Of a stretch of 64,000 bases of DNA, positions 54,601 through 63,980 are shown piece after piece (the first letter of the stretch is position 1; each line of letters begins with the position of its first letter). The DNA comes from an uncultured virus (IMG/VR IMGVR_UViG_3300042879_004844) (lineage: Duplodnaviria; Heunggongvirae; Uroviricota; Caudoviricetes). Made by a program: the position numbers and the translations under genes. The stretch lies in the IMG/VR virus record IMGVR_UViG_3300042879_004844. The stretch is one strand, 5' to 3'. The notes under the pieces are model-generated. The model was not told the origin of the DNA. It searched no databases and saw only the letters and a program-made list of their open reading frames with translations.

Positions 54601-55644
54601 CGACATGAGAAGGTAGTTCTCAAAGCTGAGACCGCAGATCATCGACGAGTCATCGTTGAGAAACTGCTTGCTGAAGGCCATCTCGGCGTCTCGATAGTTG
54701 ATCTGGCTCGTCAGGTTGCTCGAGGCCGCCGCGTCAGAGGCCACGAGACCTCCAGAGCTATACCACCACATCAGGCCCGCCTGGAACACGACGCTTCGTC
54801 CCGCGACGCATCCGGTGCTCGGGAACAGGATCGACTGCATTCCCTGGGTCGTGGCCCACTGGGCGCGATCTCGGATGCCAGAGAGCACGATCTCGCTCCT
54901 CTCGTCGGTGAACACCACGACGACCTCGACTCGCTCGTCTCCGATGAAGCTGGTGACCCCGGTGATCTGTTTCGGGAAAGAAAAATCGCCTCGGCCCTCG
55001 CCCTCGACTCGCTCGGTGAACTTGATCGGATCAAACAGATCAGACGCCAGAAGAACATTGCCGCGCGCGACCCAGAGACGTCCCCCAGAGAAGGTCATCC
55101 AGGTCCCGGTCGGGGTCTCGAGATTCGGAGCCGCCTCGACGAGGTGCCGCGATTCCTCCCCGTCCCAGTATGCGGCCGGGGTCACGCCGTCCTGGATCAT
55201 CAGCACGTTGTGCGACGGCACGATCTGCAGCGTCTGATCGGGCGCGGTCGTGACGGTCTTCTCGGCGACCGCAAAATGGACCATGTCGGCATCTGCCGAA
55301 AACTGAAGATTCTTAAGACGAAAATCTTCCCAGAATCTTGGCTGCTCAAGAGGAAACGGCGCAAAATAGATCTTTCCATCGACGGCAAGAACAAGGTGAT
55401 CGTCGCGGCGCCCGTCTTTGGTGACCTGAAAGTGCGCCATTCCCTGAAAGTTTCCTTCGGGAAGAGTGAGCCGCATGCGAAATCCGGGTCTCGTCTGGAT
55501 CACGCCGCCGCGGTTCACGACGTTGACTCCGCGTCGATACTGATCCTGCCGAAGAAACCACGGATGCCGGACAGAGTTCATTCCCGACATCCATCCGGCG
55601 TCGACACTCACGAGCCGTCCCTGGGTTATCGCGGGAGATTGCAT
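51616..55644 (-). CDS. Tail nozzle / tubular protein B-like with C-terminal accessory domains
   Basis: N-terminal beta-propeller-like region (GRLWVARGN...SD); two ISQAD(A/S)DxQALA (DUF5977-like) units; delta-60-like repeats (ALQADGKII, LADGTVILGGNFTTYN). Confidence 0.7.
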   Translation of the reverse strand: MQSPAITQGRLVSVDAGWMSGMNSVRHPWFLRQDQYRRGVNVVNRGGVIQTRPGFRMRLTLPEGNFQGMAHFQVTKDGRRDDHLVLAVDGKIYFAPFPLEQPRFWEDFRLKNLQFSADADMVHFAVAEKTVTTAPDQTLQIVPSHNVLMIQDGVTPAAYWDGEESRHLVEAAPNLETPTGTWMTFSGGRLWVARGNVLLASDLFDPIKFTERVEGEGRGDFSFPKQITGVTSFIGDERVEVVVVFTDERSEIVLSGIRDRAQWATTQGMQSILFPSTGCVAGRSVVFQAGLMWWYSSGGLVASDAAASSNLTSQINYRDAEMAFSKQFLNDDSSMICGLSFENYLLMSMPIGQNLNSETFVLDYSPLSEFSSEKIPAWSGVWTGIRPIQWASPVINGKRRAFAASVDYRALSDGSHNHVWEAFMPEREDTFFELGSDFTRIDFTRPIFCEFETRLMGDGHDLKSFQYADINLMEIAGDAYVTADYRGIRGAYKPVLCKRIIAPITAASAGADIPPSELDILDGLKKQSRRVTTENALPTDGCPTCESEYSENIDKAFSILVRWCGQMAVESIRLFMEPWAERAEGRCEEDEIRVCLVGEDGQNHIYSREEGFVPLEDLYEVGGNAWASTRSSTVTLTCPAGSVTTGPLTVTATSTYRSRISQADADVQALASAQTAAQAQADYLRTIYPCYYDSVQSVTHHCYSELNDDALAMTRLSDGRVILGGQFWRDNTTNQGKITERTSGGIRSLTFTQGDGFVSNFGAEPSSEQINVLLNDSNGIYALGEFSEYNNVARTRIARLTSAGALDTTVTFGTGFNTAPTAACILPSALTEVSTVQVATASGSGGKYFDLGDANGPVRVWMDNNNTSTPPAAPSGGRLLEVDMSAGLPEITRVTTLADVAGSLDEAYFVIRDGAATTVAVWFAHSGGSTAPTGYTRNLKVDINNNDSANTVATKLRNAVDADAQFSAAVSGNQVTITNVYIGVVADVVDGTDPTGFTFLVTQQGVNIDTASQLATKIQLAVDADAQFVATVLTDTVTITAASAGHRLHVTEPDSGTYFVVDTTALGTSAGSLIVGGTFTTYNSVAVSKPIVLIEANGTRDADYLPTGFTKIFALIPITGNLVYAAGYESVAGKVRVARLLSTGIEDPAFTPYEVTVADPGFASMALQADGKIIVSFDGANSAKDLVRLNTNGSVDATYNVGTGLNTAARAILVLADGTVILGGNFTTYNSVAVPRIVKTTALGAAVGAFNPGTGFNATVRALMLPSTGTFFFAAGDFTSYNGNADSYERFGRVDQTTGAALDTRQTVNVTGRHRGTISQADSDTQALALANARAITELPCT

Positions 55645-55647
55645 GGC

Positions 55648-58623
55648 CTAGTCCATCCAGTCATCTGGCCTGGTTGTCACGTCGGCGTTGATCTGGAATG
55701 TCGGGGCGCGTGGTCCGTCGAGCGCCCGGTTTCTCTTGTTGAGGTATTCCACCGCGATCAGGCGATACTGCTCCGACTCGGCGATGAACTTCTTGAAGAG
55801 CAGTTCCTGCGACTGGACCATCATGAGAATCGCCATGCGAGAATCCAGGTTGATGAAGTCTCTCTCGGTCAGCACGTCGAAGGCCCGGCGGCGATACTTT
55901 AGACGGACGGAGGTGGCCGACTTGCTGACTCTGATGCGGCGGTATGCCGGGACTGTCTCGGTGGGATGGATGTCTCCAAGAAGCGCGATGTTTCCGGTTC
56001 TCGACGTGTCCCAGGCATAGAGTCGGATGTATCCGTCGGTGATCGGTTTTTCAATGGAAGAGACGGTCTGAACGGACACCGGCGCGCGGGAAACAATGAC
56101 TCGCTGGGTTCCTGTTCCAGACGACAGAAAGGTGATGCGTCCGGCCGTCGAGGGAGCGGCATTTGCCTGCGCCTGCGAGGGATACAGCTCGATCTGGTCG
56201 TCATCGATGGACCTGAGATAGTAGGTGGTCGACGGAAGAAGCGGCGACGGAAGCGCCGAGCTCGTCACCGCCGTGAGAGCGGTTCCAGTGACAAATCCAT
56301 GGTCTAGAATGTCAAGCGACGTCGCGGCCGGAGCCGTCACGGAACGAGAGATCAGCATCTCGTGAGTCCCTGATCCCGCGGTCGTCAGCGGAACAAGCGC
56401 GCCTGCCGTCGTGTAGACCTCGATGGTGTCTCCCACCACGTTGGCCCGGTAGTCTGTCGCGGTTGCAAGGGGAGCGGGCAGTGTCCCGGTGGTCGTGAAG
56501 CGAACAATCGTGAGGTTCTCGAGAAACGCCGTGAAATCGACATCGAGGCTGTTGTCTCGGGGCGACACGGTCACTGATCTTGCCCTCGAGAGATACAGCG
56601 TCTCGGCGCCGGCGGTCGTGGCCGAGAATCTTCCTGTCACCGTGGGAGGAGCCGCGTTTGCGTTGACGGCCGAGTCATAGATCTCAACGAGCGAGTTGCT
56701 GATCTTGCGGACATAGTAGAGAGTCGACTGGTCGACCTGCGACGGAGCAGTTCCCGGCAGAATTCCGGGCGTGTAGAATCGGACGGCATCGCCGGTCGAG
56801 AGGGCCGTGGCGTCCACCGACCACTGCGGAAGAAATCCCACCGAGAACGAGCGCGAGATGGCCACGTAGAGCTGCCCAGATCCTCCAGAACTGATTGCGA
56901 CCGGATTCGGGATCGTGTCATTGAGCGAGAATGTCGTCGCGGTCAGCGGGGCCTCTCCACGGTAGACGGTCTCGGCCTTGATGGGATCTGGAAGTGTTCC
57001 GTTGGTCGTGAACCGAACCAGACTCCCGCCCTGCGGCGTGAAGGTCACGGCCGGGGCCGAGGTGTATCCCGTCCCACCGGTGATGACACGAACCGAAACC
57101 ACGGCTCCACCGGCAACGATCGCCTCGGCCGTTGCGCCGGTTCCTCCGCCTCCCGAGATGGTGACCTTTGGCGAGACGTTGTAGGCACTCCCACCGGCAC
57201 CGACCGAGACGGCGACAACGGTCTGACTCGAGAGCACGGCAGTTCCGGTCGCTCCCGAGCCGCTGGGGGCACTGAGGTTGTGCGGACTCGCCGTCGTCAC
57301 GGTGCTGCTTCCGCCGCCAGCGACGGTTGCCGCGATGAGTTTCACGAGCGAGTTCGTGCCGACTCCAAGCGAGGTCAGCGCGATCGGATTGGCCCCAGTC
57401 GAGGAATCGACCGCGGTGGAATGCAGCGACACGGTCGTCGCGCTCAGGGCCCTGACAAAGTATGGCGTGTTGGCGATCAGAGGCTGCGGAAGTTCTCCTC
57501 CGGAATTTGAGGCCGTCACCTGGTCTCCTGTGACAAAATTGTGCAACAGGGAAAAAGTCAGCTGGGTGAGCGGATACATCGGCTTGAGAATGCGCGCCTC
57601 CGCCGAAGTTCCGGGAGTCGTGGCGTTGATCGGGTTGGTCGCGTTCTCGCGGTCGCTGTCGTCGCCGTAGACAATGAAGCGGTCGGTGGCGATGGGAGAC
57701 GCCGCATAGGTTCGAGAGGCCTCAAACGGCAGAGGAAGCGGTGATCCAGTGAAGGCCACAAGATCTCCCTCCGAGATGAGGTTGGCTCCCGAGGTCACGA
57801 AGCAGGTTCTGGCCCGGATGGCCCGCGTCTCTCGGAGCGTGATTGAGGCGGCTGGATCGACGGTCGTGAAGAGGATCGGGCGCTGGTTTGTCTGGGCATC
57901 AAGTCGGGTCGCATAGAGCAGCACGCTGGTCGAGTCGACGGCTCGAATGAAATAAAATGCCCCGTTGATCAGGGGCTGAGGAATCGACCCGGAGGCGAGC
58001 TGCACCTGCATCTGGGCGGCCGTGGCGAGACCGTGGGCCGTCCCTGAGACCAGCAGACCAGTCGGCGTGGTCTCGAAGAGACGAAGAAACGGGACAGAGG
58101 TCGGGGCGGCCGTGGGAGCTCCCGCGACATTGACTGCAAAGGTCTCGGTCCCGTCGATCCAGTCGCCATTCTCGAGCTGCTGACGAAGTTCTCGGCCATT
58201 CGCGTCGATTCCAAGGACTCGCACGACGACGCCGATGTCGGCCTCTGAGTCGCAGCGGGCGATCAGGGGACCGGGAGTCCCAATGTCCATGAAAGAGGGC
58301 ACGGTCCCAGAGTCATCCCACGCCCACGGGACGACGTGGTCGTCTGTCAGTCCGTCGCCATTGAGATGGAAGCGGAAAAATTCGTCTCGCATGAAGGCCG
58401 GAATGCCATTGACGGCAACTGCCAGCGGTGTCTCGACCTCGCGCGGAAGAGTGACGGTCTGACCGTCAGAGAGGGTCATGATGTCAAGGGCCCCGATGTT
58501 CGCGGCCCAGTCGCCCTCGTCCTGGAGGGCTCGAACTGCCTCGGAGATGCGACGAAGGGCCTTCTGCCGGTCGCACCGACCGAGGACCTCGATCACCTGG
58601 TCAATGATCTCCGAGACAAACAT
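55648..58623 (-). CDS. Head-tail adaptor / tubular protein A-like with inserted tandem repeats
   Basis: Start MFVSEIIDQV at 58623; helical N- and C-termini flank about seven LPxPL...Y(Y/F)xR repeats. Confidence 0.6.
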   Translation of the reverse strand: MFVSEIIDQVIEVLGRCDRQKALRRISEAVRALQDEGDWAANIGALDIMTLSDGQTVTLPREVETPLAVAVNGIPAFMRDEFFRFHLNGDGLTDDHVVPWAWDDSGTVPSFMDIGTPGPLIARCDSEADIGVVVRVLGIDANGRELRQQLENGDWIDGTETFAVNVAGAPTAAPTSVPFLRLFETTPTGLLVSGTAHGLATAAQMQVQLASGSIPQPLINGAFYFIRAVDSTSVLLYATRLDAQTNQRPILFTTVDPAASITLRETRAIRARTCFVTSGANLISEGDLVAFTGSPLPLPFEASRTYAASPIATDRFIVYGDDSDRENATNPINATTPGTSAEARILKPMYPLTQLTFSLLHNFVTGDQVTASNSGGELPQPLIANTPYFVRALSATTVSLHSTAVDSSTGANPIALTSLGVGTNSLVKLIAATVAGGGSSTVTTASPHNLSAPSGSGATGTAVLSSQTVVAVSVGAGGSAYNVSPKVTISGGGGTGATAEAIVAGGAVVSVRVITGGTGYTSAPAVTFTPQGGSLVRFTTNGTLPDPIKAETVYRGEAPLTATTFSLNDTIPNPVAISSGGSGQLYVAISRSFSVGFLPQWSVDATALSTGDAVRFYTPGILPGTAPSQVDQSTLYYVRKISNSLVEIYDSAVNANAAPPTVTGRFSATTAGAETLYLSRARSVTVSPRDNSLDVDFTAFLENLTIVRFTTTGTLPAPLATATDYRANVVGDTIEVYTTAGALVPLTTAGSGTHEMLISRSVTAPAATSLDILDHGFVTGTALTAVTSSALPSPLLPSTTYYLRSIDDDQIELYPSQAQANAAPSTAGRITFLSSGTGTQRVIVSRAPVSVQTVSSIEKPITDGYIRLYAWDTSRTGNIALLGDIHPTETVPAYRRIRVSKSATSVRLKYRRRAFDVLTERDFINLDSRMAILMMVQSQELLFKKFIAESEQYRLIAVEYLNKRNRALDGPRAPTFQINADVTTRPDDWMD

Positions 58624-58630
58624 GTCCAGA

Positions 58631-58909
58631 TCATGCCACTGGCGGAATCCCGAGTCGGCTGTCGGACATCGCCGAGAGCTCGGCCCCGAATCCAGAAAGA
58701 TCGGCACCGGTGGCAAGAACCTCGTTCATTGTCTCGTCGGCCTTCACGGCCTTCTCGTCGGCCTTGAGTTTTGCCTCGGCGGCTCCGATCGCCTGGCTCA
58801 GCCCGGCCAGGAATCCCTTGGCAAGGTCAAACGTCGATCTCGGCAGCGTCAGCTGAATCTGGGGTTCTGGCTCCTCGGCCATCGTGTCGGTCATTCCATT
58901 CATGGTCAT
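58631..58909 (-). CDS. Hypothetical protein
   Basis: Coupled 92-aa ORF. Confidence 0.55.
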   Translation of the reverse strand: MTMNGMTDTMAEEPEPQIQLTLPRSTFDLAKGFLAGLSQAIGAAEAKLKADEKAVKADETMNEVLATGADLSGFGAELSAMSDSRLGIPPVA

Positions 58910-59232
58910 TTCTCCTCGTCCTCGGTTTCCTCTTCGGACTCGCGGAGACCCTTCTCGATCTCATCCTCGCCGTCCTCGGAGATCTCTCCAAATTCGATTC
59001 CCATGACCTCAAGATCCAGCGACGAGGTCTTTCCGTTCGGGCCCTCAGAGTCGGTCTTCGAGACGATCCTGAAGCGGATCGTGGCCTCGCCCTCGGTCCC
59101 GACATCGGGCGCATCATCGATTCCCTCTCTTCCAGAGATGTAGAGAGACGGATAGGTCATTTTTTCATCCGGCATCGCGGAGACCATCTCGATCATGCCG
59201 GCGGATTCTGAAGATTTTCCAAGATTGATCAT
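58906..59232 (-). CDS. Acidic hypothetical protein
   Basis: 108 aa with an E/D-rich tail; first gene after a short intergenic gap. Confidence 0.6.
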   Translation of the reverse strand: MINLGKSSESAGMIEMVSAMPDEKMTYPSLYISGREGIDDAPDVGTEGEATIRFRIVSKTDSEGPNGKTSSLDLEVMGIEFGEISEDGEDEIEKGLRESEEETEDEEK

Positions 59233-59301
59233 GATCGTGACTCGTTGTGCAAAGTTATCTCTCGATGGAACATTCTGACATCACAGACTTCTGTGCAGAA
59301 G

Positions 59302-59736
59302 TCACAGAATCTTTCGGAAATAGAGGGCACTCCTGCCTCCCCAGACGTGGTGGGGAGAATACAGCCGGAAGCCGCAGGAAATGAGCGAATTCGCACTCGC
59401 AAGATTTGATGGAACCACGTAGGTCACGAGTTCTTTCAGTCCGACTCGGCGAGCCTGGGCGATCCGTCTCCGGATGAGTTCCTTCTGCCGTCCCTGGCCT
59501 CGCCAGTCTCGCAGGACTCCGACCCTCGATAGAAATCCCAGTCCGGCGTTGTGCCTGGACGTGCAGGGACGCAGGGCGGCATAGGCGACGGGCGTCCGGT
59601 CCTGTTCCTCGATCCACCAGTAGCAGCCCTCGACGCGGACGCGCCAGTCGGCAGGAAAGCACAGCTGGTCGAGACGCAGAATGGTGTCCCGGATCCACTC
59701 CGGGCACGAGTCTGGCCTGGCGACGAGCCGGGTCAT
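59302..59736 (-). CDS. GNAT-family acetyltransferase
   Basis: FLSRVGVLRDWRGQG acetyl-CoA motif A and NLASANSLISCGF. Confidence 0.88.
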   Translation of the reverse strand: MTRLVARPDSCPEWIRDTILRLDQLCFPADWRVRVEGCYWWIEEQDRTPVAYAALRPCTSRHNAGLGFLSRVGVLRDWRGQGRQKELIRRRIAQARRVGLKELVTYVVPSNLASANSLISCGFRLYSPHHVWGGRSALYFRKIL

Positions 59737-59739
59737 GGC

Positions 59740-60186
59740 TCACAGGATGTCGAGATCCCTCCCGAATGCCTTGCTCGAGGGATACGTGGGCTTGCAGTGG
59801 GGCCACGTGATCTTCCAGCGCTTTCCGTCCTTTGAAAGAATCCCGACCTTCCCGGAGCCGCGGCGGCGTCGCACCCGGGAGCCCTCCATCGGCTCTCTTG
59901 CGGGCGTGGGCTCGTCAGATTTTTTGAGATCTGCCGCGACCGGCGTCTCGTTCTTGCCGAGCTCCCGGTAGCCGGTGATCCGGACCAGGCGCTTGAGCTT
60001 GTTGTCCCAGACCGTGAAGTCCTGGCGCTCGACCGTGCCGGCACGGATGCCGGGGGCGAGAAGCGAGGCCACTCTCTCGGGACTGCACTCGAGCTGTTCG
60101 GCCACGTCGTCGCGGCTCGACCAGCCCCTCGGCCATGCATAGGCCGCGGCGTTTTGTTTTTCCAGTATGGATTTCCAGTTAGGCAT
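59740..60186 (-). CDS. Winged-helix-like hypothetical protein
   Basis: WSSRDDVAEQLECSPERVASLL HTH-like segment; follows the phosphoesterase. Confidence 0.5.
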   Translation of the reverse strand: MPNWKSILEKQNAAAYAWPRGWSSRDDVAEQLECSPERVASLLAPGIRAGTVERQDFTVWDNKLKRLVRITGYRELGKNETPVAADLKKSDEPTPAREPMEGSRVRRRRGSGKVGILSKDGKRWKITWPHCKPTYPSSKAFGRDLDIL

Positions 60187-61189
60187 CTGTGCGGTTTCCT
60201 TTCAGTAGCATGCCGGCATAGCTCTCTCCGGCGTTGATGGTGACGTTGAACATGCTGAAGTTGCCGGTGGCCCGGGAGATGAAGCGGACCAGGTAGCCGT
60301 GGGTCCACTCGGTCGGCCGGGTGTTGGCGTAGAGAGGCTGGCGCTTGCACAGACAGCCCGGATTCCAGGCACTGACCAGGCCGATGCCGGGAATGTGCTT
60401 GGGCTTGAAGCTCGCCCGGTGGGTGTCGAAGTAGCAGATGTTGCCGCCGGCCTTGGCCAGGGCCACGTCGGCCGCGTCCTTCGAGTTGCTGATCTTGTGC
60501 ACGTAGAACATCTTGTCGAGCTTCACCCAGCCCGGCGTGTCGCAGCCCTCGTGGAGGTGGCCCTGCCGGTAGTAGCGGATGCCACGTTCCCTGAGGCGCA
60601 GAACGTGCTCGGCACAGAAGGTCTTGCGCAGCAGCTCGACGTCCTTGTGGTGGGCGAGTCGCTGCGTGAGGGCCCAGCGCTCGACGCGCCACTCATGGTT
60701 GCCCTCGAGGTAGTGGATGTCCGGGCAGGAGCTTGACTCCATGATCGCGTCGAGCAGCCCGTTTGCCACGGCCATGTCGTCCTCGTAGCTGTCGTCGGCC
60801 TCGGACACGTAGCCCAGGACGTGGTGCTCGGCCAGGAATCCGCCGCAGTTGATGAAGTCGCCTCCGATGAAGATCCGGTCGGGGCGCAGGATCTTGAGAT
60901 CACCGAGCAGCGCCGAGAAGGCCGCGGGGTCGACCTGGTTGCCGTGCACGTCGGAGAAGATGACCTCGACGATGTCGCCCTTGCCGGCCCTGGGGCTCGA
61001 GGGCCTCGGCACCTGGATGGCCTTGCGGCCAGCGGTGCGGGCACGCTCGAGGGTCTTGACAGTCTCGGCGTGGGCCTTCCGCTCGGCCTCGAGCTGGGCC
61101 TGGGTCTCGGCCAGTCTGGTCTGGTGATCCGCGGCATGGGCCGCCTGCGCGACCTTGCCCCAGTTGGTGTCAGTGGTTTCTTTTTTCAT
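60179..61189 (-). CDS. Calcineurin-like metallophosphoesterase
   Basis: SDVHG, GGDFIN, EGNHE and DTHR motifs. Confidence 0.85.
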   Translation of the reverse strand: MKKETTDTNWGKVAQAAHAADHQTRLAETQAQLEAERKAHAETVKTLERARTAGRKAIQVPRPSSPRAGKGDIVEVIFSDVHGNQVDPAAFSALLGDLKILRPDRIFIGGDFINCGGFLAEHHVLGYVSEADDSYEDDMAVANGLLDAIMESSSCPDIHYLEGNHEWRVERWALTQRLAHHKDVELLRKTFCAEHVLRLRERGIRYYRQGHLHEGCDTPGWVKLDKMFYVHKISNSKDAADVALAKAGGNICYFDTHRASFKPKHIPGIGLVSAWNPGCLCKRQPLYANTRPTEWTHGYLVRFISRATGNFSMFNVTINAGESYAGMLLKGNRTDA

Positions 61190-61201
61190 GGATGTTTCCT
61201 C

Positions 61202-61783
61202 CTATTGTGTCGCCTGAAAGTGCATCGCGTCTCTCGACCAGAAGGCTCCCGCGGAGAGCCAGCCCTCACGGGCAAAGATCTCCATCACGTCGAGCGGCAT
61301 GTGGGCCCTGGTCGGCCAGTGCGCGTGCAGGCCATTCCGGCTCGCGTCGAGATCAATCGCGGCGGCCCGGGCATGCAGACTCGGGAGGGTTCCGCCTCGC
61401 ATGTTGCGGTTGGCGTAGATTCCAAAATAACGGTTGACCCCGGCCTCGGTCCTGGCCTCGTCGGTCTTATAGCGCTTCCCGAGCTCGTTGAGAATCCGGG
61501 AGAGACTGGGAGCGAGCCTCTCGTGGACTGCCAGCGTCCGGATGGTCTCCGGCCCGTTGTAGAGAAACATCCTGTAGGGAACAGAGATCCGGGCGGTCGA
61601 GACCGAGCCCGCCGGGCCGTAGAACGCCGTGAGACTCTTCTGATCCTGCCTCGGCCACGGATTCGGCCTCGGCATGAGGGCCCGAAGATGGCGCTGGCAG
61701 GCCAGGATGGACTTCGGTCCCCAGAAGCCGTCGGGTTCGACCCCGACCGACTCCTGGAGGATCTGGATCTGCGTCTTTTTCAT
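61202..61783 (-). CDS. Endolysin, M15-family peptidase
   Basis: N-terminal VGVEPDGFWGPKS peptidoglycan-binding-like segment; RNMRGG, SLHARAAAIDLD and DAMHFQ zinc motifs. Confidence 0.88.
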   Translation of the reverse strand: MKKTQIQILQESVGVEPDGFWGPKSILACQRHLRALMPRPNPWPRQDQKSLTAFYGPAGSVSTARISVPYRMFLYNGPETIRTLAVHERLAPSLSRILNELGKRYKTDEARTEAGVNRYFGIYANRNMRGGTLPSLHARAAAIDLDASRNGLHAHWPTRAHMPLDVMEIFAREGWLSAGAFWSRDAMHFQATQ

Positions 61784-61944
61784 CGCTCGGGCCTCACGAC
61801 CTGCTTGCCGTCGCCGGGCTCGACCGAGACGGTGACTCTCTGGTTGAGAAAGTCATAGCCGAACCCGATCCTCGGGGTCACGCAGCCCGAGAGCAGCGCC
61901 GCCACGATGAAGGCCAGGATGATGACCACGAGCGCCGTCTTCAT
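61780..61944 (-). CDS. 54-aa lipoprotein, spanin-like (absent from ORF track)
   Basis: Manual translation MKTALVVIILAFIVAALLSGCVTPRIGFGYDF...; LSGC lipobox; ATGA overlaps with holin-like gene and endolysin. Confidence 0.6.
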   Translation of the reverse strand: MKTALVVIILAFIVAALLSGCVTPRIGFGYDFLNQRVTVSVEPGDGKQVVRPER

Positions 61945-62117
61945 TTGCGCGAGAAGCGGCCAATGAAGGCCGCGATTGCACGCAGCGTCTTCTCAGGCTG
62001 TTCTCCCGGGATGAGCGCAAAGACCGCGATCAGGGCCAGGATGAGGCCGTTGGCGGCCGCGATGAGTTCGAGCCAGTTGAGCCGGCTGACGAGTTGGATG
62101 ATGTCGTTGATGTTCAT
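61941..62117 (-). CDS. Holin-like membrane protein
   Basis: Start MNINDII at 62117; hydrophobic helix and basic C-terminus; upstream of the endolysin. Confidence 0.55.
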   Translation of the reverse strand: MNINDIIQLVSRLNWLELIAAANGLILALIAVFALIPGEQPEKTLRAIAAFIGRFSRK

Positions 62118-62281
62118 TGTTGTTTCTCCTCTGTTGGTTGTTGGGTGAGTTGTTTTTCGATACTCATCGCCACCGGCAAGATGCCCGCAGCAGCGTTCAA
62201 GCCGCCCGCTTTGGTCGCAATGTCGAGGCACTGCATGACGACCTTGGCCTCGGCTTCCGTGAGTGTGACTTGCTTACTCAT
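62114..62281 (-). CDS. Small protein after tail fibre (chaperone-like)
   Basis: Start MSKQVTLTEAE at 62281; LDIATKAGGL motif. Confidence 0.55.
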   Translation of the reverse strand: MSKQVTLTEAEAKVVMQCLDIATKAGGLNAAAGILPVAMSIEKQLTQQPTEEKQQ

Positions 62282-62582
62282 TGGGCTGCTCCTGTTGCGC
62301 GGCAAGATAAGCCTGTGTCGCGGGAATCGCGGCGAGGACTGCCTCAAACGCGGCGGCGAGTTCGGGAACCGCTGCCATGATTTCGGGCGTCAGCGGCGCG
62401 GTCATCTTTTGGACGAGCGAGCCGTTGGCGAGTTCGCCGCTCTCGGTGGCGGGCAAAAGCTCCACGGTGATGCTGCCGGAATCAGCGGTCGGCTGGATGG
62501 CGGACAGACTGTAAACGTGGAGCCTGTCGTAGACCTTGGCGGCTACGGCGGGTGTTTCGATGGGTGTTGGATTCGGTATCAT
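62274..62582 (-). CDS. Hypothetical protein, tail-fibre associated
   Basis: 102 aa, 3 nt after the fibre stop. Confidence 0.55.
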   Translation of the reverse strand: MIPNPTPIETPAVAAKVYDRLHVYSLSAIQPTADSGSITVELLPATESGELANGSLVQKMTAPLTPEIMAAVPELAAAFEAVLAAIPATQAYLAAQQEQPNE

Positions 62583-62585
62583 AAA

Positions 62586-63980
62586 TTAGGTGGCGATGAG
62601 GCCCAAGGTGCGGAGGCGGGCGAGCAGATCGTTGAGGCGGTCTTGCGTGCTGGCGGCGTCGGTTGCGTCTGCCACGGCGGCTTGCTGGACTACGGGCGTT
62701 GCGTTGAAGAATCCGACCTTCTGCGTGGTGCCGGTGCCGATCTTGGTGCCGGTGGTGGTGTCGGTGACGATGTTCCGCGTGGAGGCGTCGAGGTTGCCGT
62801 GGAGCGTCAGCGCACCACATAAAAGCCCGCCAAAACCAAGGTCGTCAGCGGTTCTAATTTGTAAGGTATTTGAGTTTCTTTTTAGGGCCACATGAGCACT
62901 GGAGGCTCCTCCGATTTGTATCAATCCTGTGGTGCTAACGATAAGCCTCGTCACCCCATCCGTCTGAAACTCCAGCGCCCTCGCCGTTCCGCCGCCAGAT
63001 CCCTTCTCCGTGCCAACCTGAAACACGTTGCTGCTCCACTTGAGGAAACCGCGCTCGTGGTTCGTGTCACTGGTGAAGGTATTGTATATTCGGAAGGTTT
63101 GGGCGTTGGTGGTTTGTCGTTGCGCGAGGATATGATCTCCGTCTGCTATCAATGCGGTTGCTCCCCCAGAAGTAAATTGAAGCTCTCCTCCGCGAATCCT
63201 TACCGCGCTGCCTGTGAACAAAACTGGATTGCCGCCGCCAGAAGTGGCTATACGAAGTCCGCTCGACTCATAAAATCCCGAACCCGATCCCAACTCTAAC
63301 GATGGGCCAGTGAGCGTCGGGGCAAACGTGCCAAATGTCACGCGGTTGTCAGCATGGACTCTAAACACTGAAGTTCCGCTGGATTGAACATCAAGAAGAC
63401 TTGAGGAAGCTGCGCTTGCGGTATTGGTGACGTTGATGACGGCTGCGCTAAATCGTTGGCGACCAGTTAATGTGGCAGAGCTGCGATTCTGCGAGGTGCT
63501 GATGGTGTAAGTGCCGATGCCACCTGTTCCTGTGCCGAGGGCGGTGATGCGTGTATCAAGGGTAATTGTCCCACTGCTGGTAAGCACCATTCCCACCTCA
63601 ATAGTTCCAGAAGTGACGGCTGTTACGGTGAGCGTGGTGCCGCTGGTTGATCCTGTGAAAACTGCTTCAGAGTTCCAAGTCTGCGCCAGATCCAGCACAG
63701 GCGCGGACGCCGTGAGCGTGCCGTTGTTGGCGGTGAGGGTGGTGAAGGTGCCTGCGGCGGGCGTGGTGTTGCCGATGGCGGGCGGGGCGGCGAGGTAATT
63801 GCTAAAACCCGTCCCGCTCACCGTGCCGCTGGCCGAGAGATTCGTGGCCGCAACCGTCGATGCCGTGGTGCCCCCAATCGGCGTATTCTGGATCGAGGCA
63901 AACGTGACATTGTTCGCGGTGCCGAGTCCGAGCGCGGCGGCGTCGACGGGTTCTGGGTAGAAAGTGGAAAGGAGACTCAT
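62586..63980 (-). CDS. Tail fibre protein
   Basis: Thr/Gly/Ala-rich; [14 protein letters not shown] repeats; C-terminal [13 protein letters not shown]...[14 protein letters not shown] trimerisation-like end. Confidence 0.8.
   Translation of the reverse strand: MSLLSTFYPEPVDAAALGLGTANNVTFASIQNTPIGGTTASTVAATNLSASGTVSGTGFSNYLAAPPAIGNTTPAAGTFTTLTANNGTLTASAPVLDLAQTWNSEAVFTGSTSGTTLTVTAVTSGTIEVGMVLTSSGTITLDTRITALGTGTGGIGTYTISTSQNRSSATLTGRQRFSAAVINVTNTASAASSSLLDVQSSGTSVFRVHADNRVTFGTFAPTLTGPSLELGSGSGFYESSGLRIATSGGGNPVLFTGSAVRIRGGELQFTSGGATALIADGDHILAQRQTTNAQTFRIYNTFTSDTNHERGFLKWSSNVFQVGTEKGSGGGTARALEFQTDGVTRLIVSTTGLIQIGGASSAHVALKRNSNTLQIRTADDLGFGGLLCGALTLHGNLDASTRNIVTDTTTGTKIGTGTTQKVGFFNATPVVQQAAVADATDAASTQDRLNDLLARLRTLGLIAT

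Noticed and set aside
53542..55902. 786-aa plus-strand ORF and many other long antisense or alternate-frame ORFs
   Set aside because: They shadow well-supported genes and have Arg/Gly-rich, motif-free translations expected from high GC and codon bias
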